Source: the human T2T-CHM13v2.0 reference genome, Homo sapiens
Assembly (NCBI RefSeq): GCF_009914755.1
Contig: NC_060932.1
Length of the DNA stretch: 64,000 bases
Direction: 5' to 3' (one strand)
Part shown: piece after piece, positions 30,474 to 45,963 of the stretch
How positions within the stretch are numbered: position 1 is the first letter of the stretch
Layout of the letters: the number at the start of each line of letters is the position of its first letter
Program-made: the position numbers and the translations under genes
The notes under the pieces: generated by a model
Seen by the model: the letters and a program-made list of their open reading frames with translations, nothing else
What the model was told of the DNA's origin: nothing
Databases searched by the model: none

Positions 30474-31138
30474 ATTTCCAATGCAGTATCCTGGAAAAAT
30501 AAGCACAGGAGGGCCCTGTTCATTTCCAGAAGAGTAAGTCTGGAACTAGTTCTGGATCACAGAACCTTAGCTCTCAAGTCCTCAGCAAAAAGTCTGTGGA
30601 ACAAAATCAAGTGGCATCTAATTATGTATCTCCTGAATCAGAATTAAAAAGGCTTCCTCAGAGTCACACCCATTTCCTTTCACATACAGAACTAGCTGAG
30701 CAAGTCTTTGATTCATGGATTCCCAGCAACTCTAGCTGGAACAACTTCTTTGGCTCGTATTCCTCTGGTATATGTGCTGAATTTAGAATTCAATCACTGG
30801 ACACCAGGAAAGGCAACTTCAGCAGGAGGGACAGGCACTAGCGCCAGGGCCCTGGGAAGCACCTCTGAACTGCCTACATGTGGGGCTCTGTACAACAGGA
30901 ATTACTGTGCTTAATGCCTCCTCTGTGTTAAGTACCATGCATGTATTATCTAAATCCAATCTTACAACAATCTTTATTTTAAATATAAATAAAAAGGGGA
31001 TTTGTGAAAGGAATTAAAAACTTGCCTGAAACCCATGTCCTTTCCAATTACTCCCTATGGGTTTCAAGATGAAGTAAAGTGCCTATAGGAGCAGAAACTG
31101 TATAAACAGGATTGCTACACCTTTAAGTTTTGAGTAAC

Positions 31139-31147
31139 TTCCTGGAA
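31139..31147. promoter_or_regulatory. Candidate STAT (GAS) site TTCCTGGAA upstream of the putative first exon
   Basis: Exact TTCN3GAA match in non-repeat sequence; GSDMC is reported to be induced via STAT3. Motif only. Confidence 0.4.
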
Positions 31148-31507
31148 CTGACACTCAATACAGCAACATTCCTTTCAGCTGACAGTATTTCACAATGCAT
31201 TTACTTTACTTTTGTTTTCTTTTAATATTCATAAAAGTCTTATGCCTTCCCTTTCCACTGTAAGAACCTGATATGCACTTCACTTGGGACAAAGCTCAGA
31301 CTGTGCTTTCTGCATATCACCACCAGACACGATGTTCCAAATTAACTTTCACGTTCTATAATTTCCATTGTAAAAACTATAGACTTGAAATATAAAATTA
31401 TAATTACATACATAACCCTTCTGTGTACCAACATTCTATAGGCCCCAACCTGCTATTGGGTATTCCAGAAGTCGGAGAAAAGTAACTTAGCTGTTTGGGA
31501 ACAGTTA

Positions 31508-31831
31508 TGTGAGTCACACCAACCTAAATAACAGATAAAGAAAAGCTCTCTAAAAGACAGTGATATTTATTCAAGAATGAGCATTGCAATGGGAATATGC
31601 GTGCCATCACAAACTATGTGTGTATTCAGACAGGTAAGGGAAGAAAAAAGTTTTAAAAAGAAAAATAAGAAGGATTACACAATTGTTTTGAATCAATTAT
31701 CTTTGCTTACAAGGATCAGTAACAAAGGTGGCACCAGTCCAAGGTTAGACAGGCAGTTGGTGGACAGATGTCCTGGCAGAAGTATTTTTTGTTTAAGGTT
31801 GCAATAGCCTTTGTGCAAAGCTGTAGTTTTT
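31508..31831 (-). mobile_element. ERV1 LTR (MER67-like), first half; continues at 45446-45589
   Basis: ...gcagaagtattttttgtttaaggttgcaatagcctttgtgcaaagctgtagttttt joins seamlessly to aggttgtggttttgcagagtcttttgtgacag at 45446. Confidence 0.7.
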
Positions 31832-34800
31832 AGTTTTGTTTTGTCTTTAATTTTTATGGGTACATAGATGTATATATTTATTTATGGGATATATGGGATA
31901 TTTTAATACAGGCATACAATGTATAATAATCACACCAGGGTAAATGAGGTATCTATCATCTCAGATATTTATTTTTTGTGTTAAAATATTATACTCTTTT
32001 AGTTATTTTTAAATGTACAATTAAATTATTATTGACTATAGTCAATAATATATTGTGCTATCAGACATTAGATCTTATTCCTTCTAAATCTTTTTGTACT
32101 CATTAACCATTCCCCCTACCCCTGCACACCCACCCCACTACCCTTCCTAGCGTCTGGTAACCATCATTCTATTCTCTATCTCCGTAAGTTCAGTTGTTTT
32201 AATTTTTAGCTTTCACAAATAAGAGAGAACATGTAAAGTTTGTCTTTCTGTGCTTGGCTTATTTCACTTAACATAATGACCTCCAGTTCCATCTATGTTG
32301 TTGCAAATGACAGGATCTCATTCTTTTTATGGCTGAATAGTACTCCATTATGTATACGTACCATTTTTTTTATTCATTCATTTGTTGATGGACACTTGGA
32401 TTGCTTCTAAATCTTGGCTATTGTGAGTGGAACTGCAATAAACATGGGAGTGCAGATATCTCTTCAATATATTGATTTCCTATTTTGGAGGTATATACTT
32501 AACAGTGGGTTTGCTGGATCATACGATAGTTCTATTTTCAGTTTTTCTGAGGAAGGCCCAAACTGTTCTCCATAGTAGTTGTACTAATTTACATTCCCAC
32601 AAACAGTGTCCAAGGGTCCCCTTTTCTCCACATCCTCTCCAGCCTGTTATTGCCTGTCTTTTGGGTAAAATCCATTTTAACAGATGTGAGATGATATCTC
32701 ATTGTAGTTTTGAATGGTGTTTCTCTGATGATCAATAATGTCGAGCACATTTTCATATGCGTGTTTGCCATTTGTATGTCGTCTTTCAAGAAATGTCTAT
32801 TTAGAACTTTTGCCCATATTTTAATTAGTTTATTAGATTTTTTCCTGTATAATTGTTTGAGCTCCTTGTGTGTTCTGCTTACAAATCCTTTGTCAGATGC
32901 TTAGTTTGCAAATATTTTCTCCCATTCTTTGGGTTTTCTTCTTCTGTTGTTGATTGTTCTTTGCTGGAAGGAAGCTTTTTACTTTGATATGGTTGCATTT
33001 GTCCATTTTTGTTTTGGCTGCCTGTGCTTGTGGGGTATTACTCAAGAAATGTTTGCCCATTCCAATGTCCTGGAGAGTTTCCCCAATGTTTTATTGTAGT
33101 AGTTTCATAATTTGAGTCCTTAGATTCAATTATTTAATCTATTTTAATTTAGTTCTTGTATATAGTGAGAGATAAGGGTCTAGTTTCAGTCTTCTACGTG
33201 TGGATATCTAGTTTTTGCAACACCATTTATTGAAGAGACTGTCTTTTCCCCAATGTATAGTCTTGGCACCTTTGTAAAAAATGAGTTCACTGTAGGTGTA
33301 TGGATTTGTTTCTGGGTTCTCTATTCTTTTTTCATTGGTCTATGTGTCTGTTTTTATGACTATACCATGCTCTTTTGGTTACTATAGCTCTGTAGTATAA
33401 TTTGAAGTCAAGTAATGTGATTCCTTGAGTTGTGTTCTTTTTGTTCAGGATAGTTTTGGTTATTCTGGGCCTTTTGTGTTTCCATATAAATTTTAGGATT
33501 GATTTTTCTCTTTCTGTGAAGGATGTCATTGGTAGTTTGATAGAGATTGTATAGAATCTGAAGATTGCTTTGGGTAGTATAGACATTTTAACAATATTGA
33601 TTCTTCCAATCTATGAACATGGAATATCTTTCCATTTTTTGTGTCCTCTTCAGTTTCTTTCATCAATGTTTTATAGTTTTCATTGAAGAGATTTTTCACT
33701 TCTTCAGTTAAATTAATTCCTAAGAATTTAATTTCATTTGTAGCTCTTGTAAATGGGATTACTTTCTTGATTTCTTTTTCAGATTCTTCTCTGTTGGCAT
33801 ATAGAAGTGCTACTGATTTTTGGATGTTGATTTTTTATCTGGCAACTTTAATTTATTTATCACTTCTAATAGTGTTTTATGTTGGAATCTTTAGGTTTTT
33901 CCATATATAAGACCACATCATCCACAAACAAGGATAATTTGACTTTTCCTTTCCAATTTGGTTGCCCTTTACTTTTTTCTCTTGTCTAATTGCTCTAGCT
34001 AGGAGTTCCAGTAGTATGTTGAATAACAGTGGTAAAAGTGTACATCCTTCTTGTGTTCTTGATCTTAGAGAAAAGGCTTTCAGTTTTTCCCCATTCAGTA
34101 TAATACTAGGTATGAGTCTGTAGTATATGGCTTTTATTGTGTTGAAGTACATTTCTTCTACATCCAGTTTTTTAGAATTTTTATCATGAAGGGATATTGA
34201 ACTTATTTATTCAAATGGTTTTTCAATACCAATTGAAATGATTATGTGGTTTTTGTCCTTTATTCTATTGATATGATGTATCACATTGATTGATTTGTGT
34301 ACGTTGAACCATCCTTACATCCCTAGGATAAATCCCACTTGGTCTTGATGAATGATCTTTTTAAGGTGTTATTGAATTCAGTTTGCTCATGTTTTGTTGA
34401 TGTTTCCATCAATATTCATCAAAGCTGTTGGCTTGTAGTTTTTTTTTTTTTTTTGATGAATCTTTGTCTGATTTTGGTATCAGGGTATTACTGGCCTCAT
34501 AGAATAGGTTTCGACATATTCCCACCTCCTCTATTTTTTGAAATAGTTTGAAAGAATTAATATTAATTTGAAAAAAAAATCAGGAGGGAAGTTGATGGGT
34601 CCTGGGCTTTTGTTGCTGAGAGACTTTTTATTATAGCTTTGATCACATTACTTATTATTGGCCTACTCAAGTTTTGGGTTTCTTCCTGGTTCAATCTTGC
34701 TAGGTTGTATGTGTCTAGGAATGTATCAATTGCCTCTAGGTTTTCCAACTTATTGGCATATAGTTGCTCATAGTAGCCTCTAATGATCCTTTGAATTTCT

Positions 34801-34899
34801 GTGGTATCAGCTGTAATGTCTCATTTTTTATCTCCGATTTCATTTATTTGGGTCTTCTCTCTCTTTTTTTAGTTAGTCTGGCTAAAAATGGGTCAATTT

Positions 34900-35187
34900 T
34901 GGCAGGTGTGGTGGCTCACACCTGTAGTCCCAGCACTTTGGGAGGCCAAGACTGGCAGATCACTTGAGGTCAGGAGTTTGAGACCAGCCTGGCCAACATG
35001 GTGAAACCCCATCTCCACTAAAAATACAAAAATTAGCCAGGTGTGGTAGCATGTACCTGTAATCCCAGCTACTCAGGAGGCTGAGGTAGGACAATTGCTT
35101 GAACCTAGGAGGCAGAGGTTGCAGTGAGCCAAGATCACACCACTGCACTTCAGCCTGGGCAACAGAGCAAGACTCCATCTCAAAAAA
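34900..35187 (+). mobile_element. AluS
   Basis: TSD aaatgggtcaatttt on both sides. Confidence 0.92.
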
Positions 35188-36133
35188 TATTAATTATAAT
35201 AATAGGAAATGGGTCAATTTTATCTTCTTAAAAAAAGACTTTTCATTTTTTAATCTTTTGTGTTGTTTTCTTCTTTTCAATATAATTTCTTTCCAATTTG
35301 ATCTTTAATATTTCATTTCTTCTACTAATTTTGGGTTGGGTTTACTCTAGCTTTTCTAGTTCTTTAAGATGTATCATTAGGTAGTTTATCTGAAGTTTCA
35401 CTTCTTTTTTGATGTAGGCCCTTATAGCTATACATTTTTCCCTTATTACTTCTTTTACCATATCCTATAGATTTGGGTATATTGTGTTTCCATTATCATT
35501 CGTTTCAAAAAAATTTTCAATTTCCTTCTTAATCTCTTTATTGACTCACTAGTCATTCAGGAGCACATTGTTTAATTTCCATGGGTTTGTATAGTTTCCA
35601 AAATTCTTCTTGTTATGGATTTCTAGTTCTATTCCATTGTGGTCAGAGAAGATACTTCATATTATTTCAACTTCTTTTAATGGTTTACAACTTGTTTTGT
35701 GACCTAACATATGGTCTTTTCTTGAGAATGAGCCATTTGATGAGGAGAAAAATGTGTATTCTGCAGCCACTGAATGATAGGTATTCTGTAAATACCTATT
35801 AGGTTCATTTGTTCTATATTGCAGATGAAGTCCAATGTTTCTTTCTTGGGTTTCTGTCTAGGAAATCTGTCCAATACTAAAAGTCGTGGGTTGAAGTCTC
35901 CAGCTGTTATTGTACTAGGGTCTAACTCTCTCTTTGCTGCTAATATTTCCTTTACATATCAGGGTACTCCCATGTTGAGTGCATATATATTTGGAATTGT
36001 TTTATCTCCCTGGTGAACTGACCCCTTTGTCATTGTATGCTGACCTTATTTGTCTCTTGATATAGTATGTGTCTTGAAATCTATTTTGTCTGATATAGGA
36101 TAGCTATTCCTGCTCTTTTTTGGTTTCCATTGA

Positions 36134-36610
<477 letters not shown>

Positions 36611-39002
36611 TAATCCATTCAGCTAATCTACATCTTCTCACTGAGGAGTTTAGACCATTTACACTCAGTGTTATTAGTGATAAATAAAGACTTACTCATG
36701 CCATTTTGTTATTTGTTTTCTGCTTGTTTTGTGAAATTCTGTTCCTTCTTTCCTTCCTTCCTCTCTTATTTTTAGTGAAGGTGATTTTCTCTGGTAGTAT
36801 GTTTTAGTTTCTTGCTTTTTTTTTTTTTTTTTTTTGAATATCCATTGTATGTTTTTAGATTTGAAGTTACCCTGAGGCTTCCAAATACTATCTAACAACC
36901 CATTATTTTAAACTGATGACAACACTGATTGCATAAACAAGCAAAAATAAAACTAATAAAAACTATACACTTTAACTTTGTCTCCCCACTTTTTAACTTT
37001 TTTGTGTCTGTTTATGTCCTATTGTACTCTATCTTGAAAAGTTGTAGTAATTTTTAATCAGTTCATCTTTTGTTTTCCTACTTAAGATATGAATAGTTTA
37101 CACACCACAATTACAGTTATAATATTCTGTGTTTTTATGTGTACTTAATATTACCATTGAGTTTTGTACCTTCAGATAATTTCTTCTTGCTCATTAACAT
37201 CTTTTTCTTTTAGATTGAAGAACTCTCTTTAATTTTTCTTGTAGGACAGGTCTGGTGTTGATGAAATCCCTCAGCTTTTGTTTGTCTGGGAAAGTTTTCA
37301 TTTCTCCTTCATCCTTGAAGGATATTTTTGCTGGATATACTATTCTAGGGTGAAAGTTTTTTCCTTCAGCACTTTTAATATGTCATGTCACTCTCTACTG
37401 GCCCGTAAGGTTTCCAGTGAAAAGTCTGCTGCCAGATGTATTGGAGCGCCATTGTATGTTTTTTTGTTTTGTTTTGTTTTCTTTTCTTTTCTCTTGCTGC
37501 TTTAGCTTTGCTTTCTTTATACTTGACCTTTGGGAGTTTGATTATGAGATGACTTAAGGTACTCTTTTTTGGATTAAATCTGCTAAGTTTTATATAACTT
37601 TCTTGTACATGAATATTGTTACCCTTCCTAGATCTGGGAAGTTCTCTGATATCCCTTTGAGTTTGTTTTTTTTTTTTATTTCCATAGTTTTTGGGGAACA
37701 GGTGGTGTTTGGTTACATGAATAAATTCTTTAGTGGTGGTTTCTGAAATTTAGTAGTGATTTCTGAAATTTTGGTGCACCCAAAAGCAACTGCTGTTGCT
37801 TTAAAGTTTGTTTTGTCTAATATAAGAATAGCTACTTCTGCTTGCTTTTGCTGTTCATTTACATTGAATATCTTTTTTGACCACTTTACCTTAAGTTTAT
37901 GTGAGTCCTTATGTGTTGAGTCTCTTGACACCTGAGCAGTGTACACTGTACCCAATGTGTACTCTTTGGCTCCACACCCCCTCCCACCCTTCTATATTAA
38001 TTTGTTTAGAATTATTTAATTTTCATGCATTTGCATGGTTTTGAGGGTTCCTTTTGGAGCGGATTTCCAATTTTATTCCCCTGTGGTCTGAGCAAGTACT
38101 CAAGTACTTGATATAATTTTGATTTTTCTTAAATGTATTGAGACTTGTTTTGTGGCCTATCACAGGGTCTATCTTGGAGAATGTTCCATGTGTTGATGAA
38201 TAGAATGTATATTCTGCAGTGTTGGCTAAAATGTTCTGTAAATATCTGTAAAGTCCATTTGTTCTAGGGTATAGTTTAAGTCCATTGTTTCTTTGTTGAC
38301 TTTCTGTCTTGATGACCTGTCTAGTGCTGTCAGTGGAGTACTGAAGTCCCCCACTATTATTGTATTGCTGTCTATCTCATTTCTTAGGTCTAGTGGTAAT
38401 TGTTTTATATATTTGGAAGCTCCAGTGTTAGATGCATATATATTTAAGACTGTGATAACTTCCTGTTGGACTAGTTCTTTTATCATTATATAATGTCCCT
38501 CTTTGTCTTTTTTAACTGCTATTGCTTTAAAGTTTGTTTTGTCTGATATAAGAATAGCTACTCCTGCTTGCTTTTGCTGTTCATTTGCATGGAATATCTT
38601 TTTCCACCCCTTTACCTTGAGTTTATGTGAGTCCTTATGTGTTAGGTGAGTCCTTATGTGTTAGGTTGAAGACAGCAGATATTTGGTTGGTGAATTCTTA
38701 TCTATCTGCCATTCCATAGTTTTTAAGTGAAGCATTTAGTCCATTTATATTCAACGTTAGTATTGAGATGTGAGGTACTGTTCTATTCCTCATGCTAGTT
38801 TTTGACTGAATACCTCTTTTCTTCATTGTGTTATTGTTTTATAGGTCCTATGAGATTTATGCTTTAAGGAGGTTCTATTTCGGTATATTTGGAGGATTTG
38901 TTTCAAGATTTAGGGCTGCTTTTAGCTGTTCTTATAGTGCTGGCTTGGTAGTGGTGAGTTCTCTCAGCATTTGTTTGTCTGGAAAAGACTATCTTTCCTT
39001 CA

Positions 39003-39455
<453 letters not shown>

Positions 39456-40000
39456 TTAATCTGATAGGCTTTCCTTTATAGGTAACCTGATGCTTTTGCC
39501 TCACAGCTTTTAAGTTTCTTTCTTTCATCTTGATTTTAGATAACCTGAAGAATAGGTGCCTAGGTGATGATCTTTTTGCAATGAATTTCCTGGGTGTTCT
39601 TTGAGCTTGTTGTATTTAGATGTCTAGATCTCTAGAAAGGCCAGAGAAGTTTTTTCAATTATTCCCTCAAATAAGTTTCCCAAACTTTTAGATTTTTCTT
39701 CTTCCTCAGGAACACCAATTATTCTTAGGTTTGGTCACTTAACGTAATCCTAAACTTCTTGGAGGCTTTGTTCTTTTTTTTTTATTCTTTTTTCTTTGTC
39801 TTTATTGAATTGGGTTCATTTGAAAGCCTTGTCTTCAAGCTCTGAAGTTCTTCCTTCTACTTGTTTGATTCTATTGTTGAAACTTTCCAGTGTATTTTGC
39901 ATTTTTCTAAGTGTGTTTTTCATTTCCAGAAGTCGTGCTTCTTTTTTATGCTATCTAGTTCTCTGGAGTTTTTTAATCCATACCCTGTAAAACTTTTTAA

Positions 40001-40310
<310 letters not shown>

Positions 40311-41708
40311 TTTTTAATTTCTTTAAGTTGGCTTTCACCTTTCTCTGGTGCCTCCTTGAGCAGCTTAACAATCAACCTTCTGAATTTCTTTTCTGGCAAT
40401 TTGGAGATATCTTCTTGGTTTGGATTCATTGCTGATGAGCTCATGTGACCTTTTGGTGGTGGTAAAGATCCTTGTTTTGTCATATTACTAGAACTGTTTT
40501 TCTAGGACTATATCAGAGGAAAGATCTGAGGCTCAAGGGCTGCTGTTCAGATTCTTTTGTCCCATAGAGTGATACTTTGATTTGGTGCTCTCCTTCTTCC
40601 CCTAGGGATGGGGCTTCTTAAGAGCCAGACTGCAGTGATTGTTATTGCTCTTCTGGGTCTAGCCACCTAATGGAGCTACCAGGCTCTGGGCTGGTACTGG
40701 GGAGTGTGCACAAAGAGTACTGGGATGTGATTTGTCTTTAGGTCTCTCAGCCATGGGTACCAGCACCTGCTCTGGTGGAGGTAACAGGGGTGTGAAGTGA
40801 ACTCTGTGAGGGTCCTTGGTCATAGTTTTTTTAGTGTGCTGGTTTTCTCAAATGGCAGTTGTGCTAGAAGTGAAGCTGTCACATGGACAGACTCAGGACG
40901 TGTGGTTATCCAGGATGTTGCAGGCAGTGGAATTAGGTGTTGTTTTCTCCTTTCTTGGAGCAGCAGTTTTCTTTTATGAGTTGCTCTAAAGGCTTGAGTT
41001 GCTTGACCACCAGCAGGGAGGTGGTGCTTTTAAAAGAGCATCAACTGTGGTAGTATAGCAGGGATACAAGCCTGTCTGGATAAGTATTCGGGTTTCTCAT
41101 TGAATGAGTAGAGCCATAGAGCTTCCAAGAGATTATATCTTTTGTCTTTGGCTCCCAGGGCAGGTAGAGAAAGACCATCAGTTGGGGGCGGGGTTAAGCA
41201 TGTCTGAGTTCAGACTCTCCTTGGGCAGGACTTGCTGCAGCCACTGTGGGGTTGGTGGTTCTCAGGCCAATGAGGTTATGTTCCCAGGGGGATTATGGCT
41301 GCCTCTGCTGCATCATACAAGCCACCAGGGAAGTGGGGGCAACCCAGCCATGATGGGCCTCAGCCAGCTCTCATGCAGCCAGCAAGGCCAGTCTCACTCT
41401 TACCATGCCCCAACAAATCACCAGGTTTATACCCAGGCAGTCAGTGTGCAGGGCTGAGTTCTTGCCCCAGGCTACAAGCCTTCCTGCTGAGAAAGCAAGT
41501 AGGGCTTTCAGGCTTCACCCCTACCCACATGCCATGGCTTCTGTGCTCAAATCTGCACTTCCTGTTTGCTCCCCACCCCCAGATTTTACCCTGGAAAATT
41601 CATGTTCAGCCAAAATTATTACAAAGTTCAGCTGGAAGTTTCCTTTACCCTGTGGTTCTTCCACAATTCCACTGGCAGCCCTCCCCAAGGACCCTTGTGA
41701 GATAAAGT

Positions 41709-43927
41709 CTTACATGGCCAGAGCAGTGGGAAGAGAGAGAAGGGGGAGGTGCCACACACTTATAAACAACCAAATCTCATAACTCACTCACTAACATGAG
41801 AACAGCAAGGGGAAAATCTACCCCCATGACCCAATTACCTCCCACAAGGCCCCTCCTCCAATGCTGGGAATAACAATTAGACATGAGATTTGGGCAGGGA
41901 CACAAATCCAAACCATATCATTCTGTCCTTGATGCCTCCCAAATCTCATATCCTTCTCACATTGCAAAATACAATCCTCCCTTCTCAACAATCCCCCAAG
42001 TCTTAACTCATTTCACCATTAACTCAGAAGTCCATAGTCCAAAGTCTCATCCGAGACAAGGCAAATCCCTTCCACCTATGAGCCAATGAAATAAAAAGCA
42101 GGTTATTTACTTCCAAGATAAAATGGGGGTGCAGGCATTGGCTAAATACTCCCATTACAAAAGGTAGAAATTGACCAGAACAAAGAGGCTAAAGGCCCCC
42201 ATGCAAGACCAAAACCCAGCAGGGCAGTCATTAAATCTTAAAGCTCCAAAAGAATCTCCTTTGACTCCATGTCTGTAATTCAAGCCACACTGATGCAAGG
42301 GGTGGGCTCCCAAGGCCTTGGGCAGCTCTGCCCCTGTGGCTCTGCACGGTACAGCTCCCATGGCTGCTTTCATGGCATTGAGTGCAGTGCCTGCTGCTTT
42401 TCCAGGTGCACAGTGCAAGCGGTCAGTGGATCTACCATTCTGGGTTCTGGAGGATGGTCGTCCTCTCCTCACAGGTCCACTAGGCAGTGCCTCAGTGGGG
42501 ACTCTGTGTGAGGGCTTCAATCCCACATTTCCCTTCTGCACTCCTGTAATAGAGGTTCTCCATGAGGGCTCCACCCCTGCAGCAGACTTCTGCCTGGACA
42601 TTCAGGCACTTCCACACCTCCTCTGAAATCTAGGTGGAGTCTCCCAAGCCTTAACTATTGCCTTCTGCACACCTGTAGACTTAACACCACATGGAAGCTG
42701 CTAAGGCTTACAGCTTGAACCCTTTGGAGCAGTGGCCTGAGACATATCTGGGATCATTTTAGCTAAGGCTGGAGCTGGAACAGTTGGGACACAGGGAGCA
42801 GAATCCTGAGTTTGTGCAGAGCAGCAGAACCCTGGTCCTGACCCATGAAACCATTCTTATTTTCTAGGCCTCCAGGCCTGTAATGGGAGGGGCTGCCATG
42901 GAAGTCTCTGAAATACCTTCCAGGCCTTTTCTCCATTATCTTGGCTACTAACATTCCTGCTCCTCTTTACTTGTGCAAACTTCTGCAGCCAGCTTGAACA
43001 CCTCCCCTGAAAATGGGTTTTTCTTTTCTGCCACATGGTTAGGCTGCAAATTTTCCAAACTTTTATGCTCTGCTTCCTTTTAAATATAACTTCCAGTTTC
43101 AGATCATCTATTTGCTCACACATATAAGCAAATGCTATTAGTTGCAGCCAGGCCACATCTTGAACACTTTGCAGCTTCAAAATTTCTTCCACCAGATACC
43201 CTAAATCATCTCTCTCAAGTTTAAATCTTTAGGGCAGAGGCACAATACCTCTAACCTCTTTGCTAATGCATAACAAAACTGACCTTTGTTCTAGTTCCCA
43301 ATAAGTTCCTCTTCTCCATCTAAGACCACCTCAGCCTGGACTTCATTGTCCATATCACTATCAGTACTATCAGCATTTTGGTCACAATAATTTAAGAAGT
43401 CTTTAGGAAGTCCCAAACTTTCCCTCGTCTTTCTTTCTTCTTCTGAGCCCTCCAAACTGTTCCAACCTCTGCCTGTTACCCTGTTCTAATGTCACTTCCA
43501 CATTTTCAGGTAACTTTATAGCAATGCCCCACTCCTATGTAACAATTTTCTGTATTAGTCCATTCTCGCATTGCTATAATTACCTGAGACTGGGTAATTT
43601 ATAAAGAAAAGAGGTTTAATTGACTCACAGTTTCACAGACTTCACAGGAGGCATGGCTAGGGATGCCTCAGGAAACTTACAATCATGGCAGAAGGCAAAG
43701 AGGAAGGAGGCACAACTTACATGGCCAGAGCAGGAGGAAGAGAGAGAAGGAGGAGGTGCTACACACTTCTAAACAACCAGATATTGTGAGAACTCACTAT
43801 CAGGAGAACAGCAATGGGGAAATCTGCCCTCATAATCCACTCACCTCCCACCAGACCCATCCTCCAACACTGGGGATTATAATTCAACACGAGATTTGGG
43901 AGGGGGACACAGATCCAAACCATACCA
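41709..43927 (-). mobile_element. MaLR (MSTA-like) LTR-internal-LTR; left LTR truncated
   Basis: Complete LTR 43551-43927 (tgtattagtc...aaaccatacca), internal region 41921-43550, partial LTR 41709-41920. Confidence 0.88.
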
Positions 43928-45445
43928 CACAATCACCTCTGTGGCTACCACCACTGGGACTGCACTGGGTCTTGCCCAGAGCCCTATCCAGGCCCAGAGA
44001 TGCTATCCAGAAGCCAGGGCCTGAAGAAATCTACCTGGTGCTCTATTCTACTGCAGCTGAGCTGGAGCGGAAACCACCCTATCCTTCCCACTCTTCCCTT
44101 CTCTTTCCATAGACAGAGGAGTTTCTCCCCATGTCTGCCACCACAGGCCCCAGAGAATACTGCCAGGGTACTGTCAATGTTCACTTAAGGCCCAAGAGCT
44201 CTTCAGTAAGCTCATGGTGAATGCTGCCAGGCCTGGGCCTTACTCTTCAGGGCAGTGGGCTCCCCTCTGTTAGGTTCAGAGATCTCATCCAACAGCCAAG
44301 ACCTGTACTTAGGGACGTAAAGAGCCTGCTTGGTGCTCTTCTCCACTGCAGCCAAGCTGGTATCTAAGCTCAAGACAAAGTCACCTTTACTCTTCTTTTT
44401 GCTTTTCTCAAGCAGAAGGGGGTTTCTCCTCATAGCTACCACAACTGTAAATGTACTGAGTCACACCTGAACCTAGCACATCTCAGAGTCTCACCCAAGG
44501 CCCACAGCGTGTACTAACTGGTTACTGCTGCTGATTATATTATTCAGGACCCAAGGGATCTTTAGTCATCTAGTGATAAATCTTGCCAGGACTGGGTCCT
44601 TCCTTTCAAGGCAGCAGTTTCCCTTCTGTGCCAGGGTGTGTTTAGAAATGTTGTCCGTGAGCTAGGGTCTTGAATGGGGGCTTCACAACTCTGCCCGGTG
44701 CCCTATCCTTCTGTGGCTGAGGTGGTATCCAAGTTGCAAGACAAAGTCCTCTTTACTCTTTCCTCCCCTCAAGTGGAAGGAAGGGGTCTCTTTTAGAGCT
44801 ACAAGTTGTACTGCCTGGGGTTGGGGGAGGAGTGACATAAGCATTCCATTAGGTTCCCTGGCTGGCTGGCCTAGTGATATCACTAGGTCAAATGCTCCCA
44901 AAGTCCACTGGCTCTGAAACACACCCAGCACCAGGACTTGCCTAGGAATTGCAGTCCTTGTGACCCATTCAGACTTTAAAGTTTTTGTAGAACCCCAGAG
45001 CATTTTAGCCCATGGTGAGCCTTGCTGAAACTCAAGTTCTGACTGCTGGGATGGGTGATTCCCCTCTGGCTAAGGCAGGTCTAAATGCTCCCTCTGAGAG
45101 CACTGACCGAATTCTGCCCAGGGTTGACAGCACTGCTTTCCAATGCAAAGCCTCACAATCGCTGCACTCTCCCTCCTCCAAGCACACAGATTCTCTCTGT
45201 ACCACACAGCCAGCCATTGCTGGGGTGATGGAGAAGGGGTGGTGTCAGCAATTCAAGACTATCTTTCCTATTCTCTTCAGTGCATCTTTCAGCAATATGA
45301 TGTTAAAACCAGCTACTGTGATTGCTCACCTGAATTTTGGTTCTTATAAACGTGCTTGTTTATGTACATAGCTGTTAAATTTGGTGTTCCTGCAGGAAGT
45401 ACAATTGGTGGAGGCTTCTGTTCTGCCATCTTTCTCTGCCTCCTC

Positions 45446-45589
45446 AGGTTGTGGTTTTGCAGAGTCTTTTGTGACAGTTCTTGTTATCAGGCATTCCTGC
45501 ATGAGTCCCTCCTGTCATGGCCTTTTCTTGCTCCATTTGTTAGAATTTTTTATGCAAGTGACTCCATTTTTATTCTGAAAAATTTCACA
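45446..45589 (-). mobile_element. ERV1 LTR (MER67-like), second half
   Basis: Ends gtgactccatttttattctgaaaaatttcaca, the reverse complement of the LTR start. Confidence 0.7.
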
Positions 45590-45963
45590 GTCCAACAAAC
45601 CATCAGTACTTTTTGATTAGGCTTAGAATAAAAGAGATTTAGTATTATGACCATCATAATAAATAGCCAAGAAAGTTACTGACACATTTTCTTATTCTCC
45701 ACCCCAAAGCACCCTACAACATCCCAGAGGATGGGTATAAAGGATAAAATATGGGAAACCAAACGTGTAGCAGCAGCTAAGTATGTCTGATTCTCCTAGG
45801 TGGGAAACAGCGTCTTGTTAAGGAAACAGCAATCTTGGAAAACATGAAAAGAAAACTCCAAGTTTCTTCTGCAAGGAACCATGCTAAGTCTATAAATAGC
45901 ACCCTCTTGTTATTTATCTCTACAACAGCCTCTGCTTCACTCCTGGCAAGCCTATTTGGCATC

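Larger units (their letters stand above)
30006..30880 (-). other. GSDMC: Probable non-coding first exon (5'UTR) of GSDMC; 3' end defined, 5' end/TSS approximate
   Basis: Consensus donor TCTG|GTAAGT at 30006/30005 in a unique-sequence island upstream of the ATG exon, which has only 4 nt of UTR and so needs an upstream exon. The TSS cannot be read from the sequence; the 5' bound relies on my recollection of a long GSDMC 5'UTR. Confidence 0.6.

Noticed and set aside
41104-45371. Cluster of 100-149 aa ORFs (similar at 59642-60831)
   Set aside because: MaLR internal/LTR and L1 5'UTR sequence; no coding signature.
45885-45963. TATAAATA followed by weak resemblance to the GSDMC first-exon 3' end (tatt..tctctaca...ctggcaagcc) as the paralog's exon 1
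   Set aside because: Similarity is too short and gapped to distinguish from chance; there is no GT donor.
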